From Sarea resinae (lineage: Eukaryota): DNA of 53,805 nucleotides. Under the pieces are notes generated by a model. That model saw nothing but the letters and a program-made list of their open reading frames with translations, ran no database searches and was not told the origin of the DNA. A program made the translations under genes and the position numbers. Shown here in pieces: positions 36,050 to 44,144 of the stretch; position 1 is the stretch's first letter; every line of letters starts with the position of its first letter. The DNA is taken from contig JAPEUD010000075.1 of assembly GCA_026026165.1 (NCBI GenBank), positions 62,001-115,805 on the forward strand. The letters are read 5' to 3'.

Positions 36050-37834
36050 ATGGCGCCTCGCAAGAGCGTTAAGTCTGAGCCCAAGCGCTACCTTGTTCGC
36101 TGGACCGGTAAGTGATCGAATGCTAGTGATTGTAAGCTCTGGGATGAGCGATAAGCAGGCACCGGAGCGATACAGCCTTCATCGGAGGTAATCCGTGACC
36201 GGTCCTCCTTCCGCCTTGGATCCTCCCCTGAGGCCGTATCTCATCCCGGATCGCAATCACAAAGAGAGTAATTAGATGGAAACAGGCTGACAAGTAGAGC
36301 AGAGGACATGGACAATAAGTTGCTGCTGAGTATCCAGGCAGCTTGCAATGACGAAGGGGTTAAGCTCCCGTGGGATAAGATTGCCTCGTTCGTCGACGAA
36401 AATATCTCCGAAGGGGCTGTTATACAGCATCTTTCCAAGCTTCGTCAGAGAATGGTCGAACAGGGCCTATCTGTCCCTCAAGCCCTCAAACGCGGTGGGG
36501 CTGCTACCCGTCGTGCAAGTTCTGCTCGTGGTACTGGCACTCTTCCCTCCCAGGGAGCTACCACCACGCGTAGGGCTTCTGCTGCTGGGAGGCTCGAGGC
36601 AAACAAGAAAGCTGCAGGGGCAGGTACAAACGGTGATACGGGGGATGACGACCAGTACGAGTCTGACGAACAGGACGAAGGCTCGGATTACGGGTCCAGT
36701 CAAGCCAAGCGTAGTAAGAAGAAGCTCAACGAAAACAATCTTCCTGGCGGCGAGGTACCTAAACCTCCCAAGCGTGTCAAAGCCGAGGACTCATCTGAGG
36801 ATGAGAAGCCGATTTACAAGAAGCGCAAGGCCGTTCCGGCTCGCAAGGGTTATCAATTTAAGAAGCCTCCCGTGCCAAATAGGAGCCGCCGGTTGAGCAC
36901 AGTTCCCGCCAGTTCATCCGAAACCATGAACGAGCCGAGCGCCTCGGAAGCTTTTGATGGAGGCCAGAATGTTGACGAGGATCAAGACACTGAGGTGCAG
37001 CCTTCTGATCTGGATGAAGGCCAAACAAACGAGGACAAAGACACAGAGGTGGAGCTTTCTGATGCCGAATCTCAGTTTGAGGGCGAGTCTGCCGAGCAGA
37101 TTGACGACGATGCCGAGCAGGGCGAAGAACCTAAGCCAAGTAAGGTAGTTGTGCTACGCATAAGCAAGGAACACCGTTCTGATCGGTATCCTCTGGGTCT
37201 CGGACATTGGCCAGACACTAGTTTAACGAACCATTCGTCGGCTGGACAGGTGGAGGAATCGGACCAGTCCTCAGCAGACAGAACTGTGTCGGAGGGGAAC
37301 CAGCCGCAACCTCTTAGTATGGCCCCCTTGCAGCCGCAATTTGATATTTCGCACAACACCGTTCCTCTTCTTGAGGCACAAGCTCAGAGTCTTAGCGATG
37401 AGGAGTTTGCGAGGAATTTCGCGGCTAGTGCTGCGACAGGTTTCAACGACTGGGACTTCCCTGGGCTCCCCTCTTACCCGCAGCAACCGGGGGTCGGTCC
37501 ATTCTCTGAGGCCACTCATGATCAGAGTTCCTTCTACCCACAGCAGCCAATCATCGATCCTTTTTTCAACCCAACATATGGTCAGAGTTTTGGGGATATG
37601 CTCTCGATGGAGCTCCCTTCGCATTACATGTCGACGCCTGCAACTGCCGGCCCGCCAGATAATTCTTACTTGACATCTAACGATGCGGCTCAGTCCGGAC
37701 CGGATGCGGCTGCCCTTGACAATGAAATCATCAATGACCCATCTGAAAATGCCGAGGTCGGTATGTCGTTGGACTTTGAAGGTGAACCGGGCGGCTGGGA
37801 CCCGCAGTGGGACGAATTCATTAATTATCCGTAG
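36050..37834 (+). CDS. Cluster gene K: Myb/SANT-like domain, long acidic tail and an activation-domain-like C-terminus, ~529 aa; exons 36050-36107, 36303-37834
   Basis: MAPRKSVKSEPKRYLVRWT(E)|DMDNKLLLSIQAACNDEGVKLPWDKIASFVDENISEGAVIQHLSKLRQRM. The 195-nt intron is GTAAGT...GCTGAC...CAG. Probable 5'UTR intron at 35877-36007. Confidence 0.88.
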
Positions 37835-38820
37835 GCTGAATATCATTGGAAAGCCACCAGGGCGGAGAACAAGAACGAGTCGTTGTGCTCTCAAAATTTC
37901 ATAACAAGGATCGATTCTGATAAGTGGACGATACGTGGCATTTCTAGCTGCTCTTTTCTCTGGTTAGCAACGTCGTCCGAGGAAGGAGTGAGGCCTACCC
38001 AAGGGCTTTTCAATTCGGTGTCGCTAGTCTTGGAGTCTTTGTCCATCATTGGATATCGATCGACAAGATTTATCGATACCTCAACAACTGTTTTATAGTG
38101 TGGCGGCTCTTTGGTGGAAGGATATAGCGTTGGTGAAAGGAGCCAGCCTTTGGGAGGGAAGGTTTCTTTAGTGGAGAGGAAGAGAATTGATTGTGCGAAA
38201 AGGATGGAGTGTTAACCGATCTTTCTGTCCTCGCTTGAGATATTCACGGTTTTCATGATAGCAAATTCACGGTGTTGAAAAGCAAACGCCTGTCACAAAA
38301 TGAGTCCCTTGTCCCTCTAAGCGAGTTCAATGTGCAGTTTGTTCTAGAGCATGAAGAAGAAGTGAGGTTTGGTCAGGAAGATCATGGCTTAAAGCATAAT
38401 GCGGTTGAAAAGGATGTCATAGCTAACGCGATAGGGGCCAATGTTAATGAGTAGGAAGCCTAAAGGGGCACACGAGAAAAGGAAGTCAGGAAAGGACCAT
38501 ATGCTCCTGAGTCAGGTAGATATCAAGGGATAAGCTAAACTTGGCATTAGGAGGTCGCTTTTGACCTTGGGACGCTCTGTCAGATGTGTGCTGACTTCTC
38601 AAGCGCGTGGAGATGTCTGCCAGAGCTACGATAGGTATGAATTTCTTCGTATCTCACACTGACTGCAGTTGTCAGGACAAAACTTGGTGGTGAGCTTTGT
38701 CTCTCGGAAATACTTACCGAGGAAGCTGAAGCCGCCTATCCAGCGCCGGAGCTCCTTGCCGTGCGGACCGAAGTTGCGGAGAAGTTGCAACCGAAATTGT
38801 CATCTTTAGCCGATTATTGC

Positions 38821-38833
38821 TTCTCGTAGATTC
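38821..38833 (+). promoter_or_regulatory. Possible imperfect heat-shock element upstream of HSP60
   Basis: TTCtcGTAgaTTC matches nTTCnnGAAnnTTC with one mismatch, about 200 nt upstream of the HSP60 ATG. Confidence 0.3.
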
Positions 38834-39023
38834 GCTCTACAACTTCCCCAAATTTTCTCCAGAAACCTCATATTCTCTACATATCCATCCTTCATCCTTC
38901 CTCACCTCCAATCCCTCCATCCCATTTCTCATCTACGCGACTACGAATCTAATTTCTTCCATCTGTCGTTTGTACCCGTCGTTCTTGCCCTAATTGCTTT
39001 TCGTTCGAGCAGTGCCAGCTACC

Positions 39024-40984
39024 ATGCAGCGCGCACTAACTTCCCGAGCTCGGGCTTCGGTCCTTTCTTCCGCTACCTCATCCACCGGTGCCCTGCCAAG
39101 GTTACGGCCTGCCGCTGCTGCTGGCTTCAACCTTCAGCAGCAGCGATTTGCTCACAAGGTATGTTCACATCTGTAGCTGGTCACGGAGTTGCTCGGAGAA
39201 AGAAACGGGGAATAGAGCGAAGATCTACAACTGGTCTGAGGGACCTGAAGCTAATCCATTTGATTCTGTAGGAGCTCAAATTCGGCGTTGAAGGACGAGC
39301 TGCGCTCCTCAAGGGTGTTGAGACGCTTGCCAAGGCTGTCGCCACCACACTTGGTCCGAAGGGAAGGAATGTCTTGATCGAGTCGAGCTATGGCTCGCCG
39401 AAGATCACAAAGGGTGAGTCGAGCTCATCCTCATAATTGTATTCTTATCCTAACAGCTACGGTTCAGACGGTGTTACTGTCGCACGTGCTATTACGCTAC
39501 AGGACAAGTTCGAGAACCTTGGAGCCCGACTTTTGCAAGATGTCGCATCAAAGACCAACGAGACGGCTGGTGATGGTACCACCACCGCTACCGTCCTCGC
39601 ACGAGCCATCTTCTCGGAGACCGTCAAGAACGTTGCAGCAGGATGCAATCCCATGGATCTTCGAAGAGGAACCCAAGCTGCCGTCGACGCTGTTGTCGAT
39701 TTCCTGAAGAAGAACAAGCGGGACATAACCACCAGCGCCGAGATTGCCCAAGTGGCAACTATCAGCGCTAACGGTGATACCCACATCGGAGCTCTCATCA
39801 GCAACGCAATGGAGAAGGTTGGAAAGGAGGGTGTCATCACTGTCAAGGAGGGCAAGACCATCGAGGACGAGCTCGAGGTCACTGAGGGTATGAGATTCGA
39901 CCGCGGTTACGTCTCACCTTACTTCATGACCGACACCAAGTCCCAAAAGGTCGAGTTCGAGAAGCCTCTGATCCTTCTCTCTGAGAAGAAGATCTCTGCC
40001 GTCCAAGACATCATCCCCGCTCTCGAAGCGTCCACTCAACTGCGTCGCCCCCTGGTGATCATCGCTGAGGACATTGAGGGCGAGGCTTTGGCCGTCTGCA
40101 TCCTCAACAAGCTCCGTGGCCAGCTTCAGGTCGCCGCTGTCAAGGCTCCCGGCTTCGGCGACAACCGGAAGTCGATCCTCGGTGATATCGGTATCCTCAC
40201 CAACGCCACCGTCTTCACTGATGAGCTGGATATCAAGCTCGAGAAGGCTACGCCCGACATGCTCGGATCAACCGGCTCGATCACCATCACCAAGGAGGAC
40301 ACCATCATCCTGAATGGAGAGGGTAGCAAGGACAGCATTGCCCAGCGATGCGAGCAGATCCGCGGTGTCATGAACGACCCCACCACCTCTGACTACGAGA
40401 AGGAGAAGCTCCAAGAGCGACTTGCCAAGCTCTCTGGAGGTGTTGCCGTCATCAAGGTCGGTGGCCAATCTGAAGTTGAGGTCGGTGAGAAGAAGGACCG
40501 CATGGTCGACGCACTCAACGCCACTCGTGCGGCCGTCGAGGAGGGCATCTTGCCCGGCGGTGGCACTGCTCTCCTCAAGGCCGCTGCCAACGCTCTCAAG
40601 GACGTCAAGCCGGCCAACTTCGACCAGCAGCTTGGTGTCAGCATCGTCAAGCAGGCCATCACTCGCCCCGCTCGGACTATTGTGGAGAACGCTGGAGGCG
40701 AGGGTAGCGTCGTCGTCGGCAAGCTCATGGATGAGTTTGGTGCCGACTTCAACAAGGGTTACAACAGTGCTACGGACGAGTACGTCGACATGATTGCGGC
40801 CGGTATCCTCGACCCCTTCAAGGTGGTCCGAACGGGTCTCACCGACGCCAGCGGCGTTGCTTCGCTGCTCGGGACGACCGAGGTCGCCATCGTCGAGGCG
40901 CCCGAGGAGAAGGGACCTCCGGCCGGTGGCATGCCGGGTGGAGGCATGGGTGGCATGGGAGGCATGGGAGGCGGCATGTTCTAA
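39024..40984 (+). CDS. HSP60: Mitochondrial chaperonin Hsp60, ~597 aa; exons 39024-39158, 39272-39413, 39468-40984
   Basis: Mitochondrial presequence, '[16 protein letters not shown]', '[12 protein letters not shown]', '[15 protein letters not shown]', and a GGM-repeat C-terminus. Confidence 0.98.
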
Positions 40985-41832
40985 GCTAAAGCAGGCCCTC
41001 TTTCCTCTTCCGCCCTCTGTATTATGTCTCTCTTCCATTCGCCAGCCCGTGTACCTTTAATTGAACCATTGACTCCACCACTCTCCCCTCTCGCGTCATC
41101 TCTGTTTCTTTACATCCTGTCTTCGTAGCCGGCATTGCACCAAAAGCGAGTTTAGGTCCCGGTCATGGGGCGTGTGCCTACCATCTGTACGATAGTGAAT
41201 GCAATCTGTATTACTGAGAGATGTCGATCGCTGCAACGAGAGGACTCCACTCCCTACTTTGTGACTGTGTATCAAGCACCGGCGGCAATGGGTGATGAAG
41301 AGAGAAGATAAAAAATGAGAAGGACGCTAACCCCATGTGTTCGTCACGATGGGTAACGGGGAGGTATCTTCGTACTGCAGTACGAAGGGGGCGGTGGAGG
41401 TCGTGGTACTCATGCGGACCCCACCACGGCAGAGTACTTTGCACTACCTGTACCATGTACCATCCTTACTCTACTACCCCTCCAACACCACACCCGCTGT
41501 CGCCTGCCCGCCTGCTTGCCTGCCTTCCAAGTTGCCCTGAGATCTCCTTCTCTTCATCACACGCCCCCCCATCTTTGCATCTTCACATCACACTTTCGAC
41601 CCTCTGCTTCTGATATCTCACTCAACACCAACTCGTACGTGATCCTCTTCTTTCTCTTCTCTCTCTGTCATTGCTGCTGTACTCCTTTGCCGCAATCACG
41701 TCATAGTCGCCTTATCTGCTCTGCGACGCTCTTGGAGCCCGACCGTTTCTCGCTTACCCTCTCTCATACGGACCCACTGACGCCTGTTGATGATAGATTC
41801 CATCTTGCCATTCGCCCTCATTCCATCTCAAA

Positions 41833-42629
41833 ATGGTAGGACTTCCTCTTCCAAGACCCTGCTGGCATGTCCGTCATCAGCTAACTCGGTGTCTGTCAGA
41901 ATCAAACAGGGTACGTCTTCATCGATCCCCTACCCCGTCCGGGGGTCCTGCGCACTCGAGACCGCACACCTACCCGCAGTCTCCTCTCTACGCTGCATCA
42001 GTGGGAACGGCGTGCTGACGAATGCTTGGGGTGCGATAATGCAGTGTCTCCGTCTCGCCCGAGTGCATCAAGGTGTTCGAGGAGCTCAAGTTCCGCAAAA
42101 ACTCGCTCAAGTACATCATCTACAAGCTGTCGGACGACCTGAAGGAGGTGGTGGTGGACCAGACCTCCGAGGACTCCAACTACGAGACGTTCCGCGAGGC
42201 GCTTGAGAAGGCTAAGCACAAGGAGAGCGGCGCCGAGGGCACCGGCGCCCGCTACGCCGTCTACAACTTCGAGTATGAGTTGGCCAGTGGAGAGGGAAGC
42301 CGGTTCGTCTCCGAAGTCCAGGGAGAGGTAGCAGTAATTATGCGACTAACCATGTCATAGAGACAAGCTTGCGCTGATCACCTGGATACCCGATTCCACC
42401 CCCGCCAGGGCAAGTCTTACCCTGTCCATCCTTTTCTACCTGTCGCATGTGCAAATACTGACACTCCGTTCTCTCGATATAGCCCAAGTTCACGTACGCA
42501 GCCTCCAAAGACGCTCTGAAGAGCGCTCTGAACGGCGTCGGCAAGCAGATCGAGGCCGACCGCCCCGGTGACCTCGACCTCGACGTCGTGCTGAAGGAAG
42601 TCAGCAACGGCCTCGCCAAGCTCGACTGA
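41833..42629 (+). CDS. COF1: Cofilin/ADF, ~155 aa; exons 41833-41835, 41900-41910, 42045-42302, 42361-42409, 42483-42629
   Basis: MNQTGVSVSPECIKVFEELK...KYIIYKLSDD...RYAVYNFEYELASGEGSRDKLALITWIPD...KFTYAASKDALKSALNGV. The last intron is GC-AG. Confidence 0.92.
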
Positions 42630-43538
42630 TTGGCCCCGGTCCACCCGTGCGCGCACGTGCGCCCTCTCCATACAGCCTGAGGAAGAGGCGCAACAAGGTG
42701 GCAGAGCGAGAGAGGTTGTTTTTTTCCCTTGACATTGAAAATGTGGTTAGTGGGGGCGGTTTGTCAGGTACTTTTCTACTGCGAGAGAGGGGAGGTGCGG
42801 GGACGTGGATGATGATGTGGAAGAGGAAGAGGAAATTGGGAGATGGAGGTGCAGGTGGAAGTAGAGGTGGAAGCGGAGCTATAGCTGGAAGATTGAAAAG
42901 GGAGGAGGAATCCGGGTTGGAGCTCTTTTGTCGATCTATCTACCTTATGCTGTTGCCTACCCCCTTTTCCACATGCATTTTCCCCATAGACACAGACACA
43001 CACGCGCACGGAAGCATTGCTCATAACATACTATCTCTTTCCGGAGAAGTGGACGAGGAGCGGGGGGGGGGCGGGTCAATAGGGGGCTTTTTCTTTTCTT
43101 TTTCTTCATCGACAGTTCATCGACAGAGAGAGTAGTGGTGAGTGGAGTGCCTTTATGTTGTTGTTAACATGTGGAATGATAGGGGATATATTCAAATAGA
43201 TGAATGGAATAAATGAACCAACAAACAAATAAGCAAACAAGCAAGCAAACAGACAGATAGACAAAATGGGCTTCTGTATTTGAATTACTTTTCTTTTCTT
43301 TCTCTCTCTCTCTCTCTCTTCTCTCTGTCTCCTATTGTTGTAGAGTATTTGTAAGGTCTAGAACATACATTGTAGTAGTAGTAGTAGTAGTAGTAGTAGA
43401 GACACACCTGTTCCTTGTTGCTGTATACACTATACTACACTTGAAATTAAATGAAAAAGGAGAAAAGAGACTCCTTGCTGTGTATCTATCAATCTATTTA
43501 TTTATATATTATCTAGCTCTGTCTAGAGCGGTAGTATA

Positions 43539-43580
<42 letters not shown>
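43539..43580. repeat. Poly-G tract (42 nt) in a low-complexity intergenic region that also has (GTA)n, (TC)n and (GGTA)n
   Basis: Read directly from the sequence. Confidence 0.85.
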
Positions 43581-43581
<1 letters not shown>

Positions 43582-44144
43582 GGCTAGAGAGAAGAGAGAA
43601 AAGAGAAAGAGATAAAGAAAGGTAGAGAGGTAGAGAGAGAAAGAGAGGGGAAAAAAAAGTCGTAGAAACATTATCATTTTAGATTAGACTATTAGTATGT
43701 CTGTCTGTCTGTATATATACATGTCTGTATATAGCAGAGCAGATATAGGTGATATAAGTGATATAGGTAATGTTGATTAGTAGTAATAATAATAGTGATA
43801 GTGATAGTAATAATAACTAAAGATATTATAGGTAGGTAGGTAGGTAGGTAGGTTTAGGAACAAAGACAGAGATAGATAGACAGACAGACACAGTGATGAT
43901 ATAATCATAGTTTACAATTATAGTGGTAGAGCGCTCTGTAGGAAGAGAGCGAGGGAGATAGCTGACGCCCTTTTATTTGCTAGGTAGGTAGCTATCTGTC
44001 TGTCTGATCATCGGTTTGAATGTCTGCTTGACTGACTGACTCTTTATCGATCTCTATTCATCTACCAATCCCCATCCATCAACCTACCTATCTCCCTGCC
44101 TGCGCGCCTGCCTGCCTGCCTGCCTGCCTATCTAACTAGCCACA

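Noticed and set aside
9178..37834. Cluster as a secondary-metabolite cluster or transposon nest
   Set aside because: No enzymes, transporters, transposase/RT motifs, terminal repeats or target-site duplications were seen.
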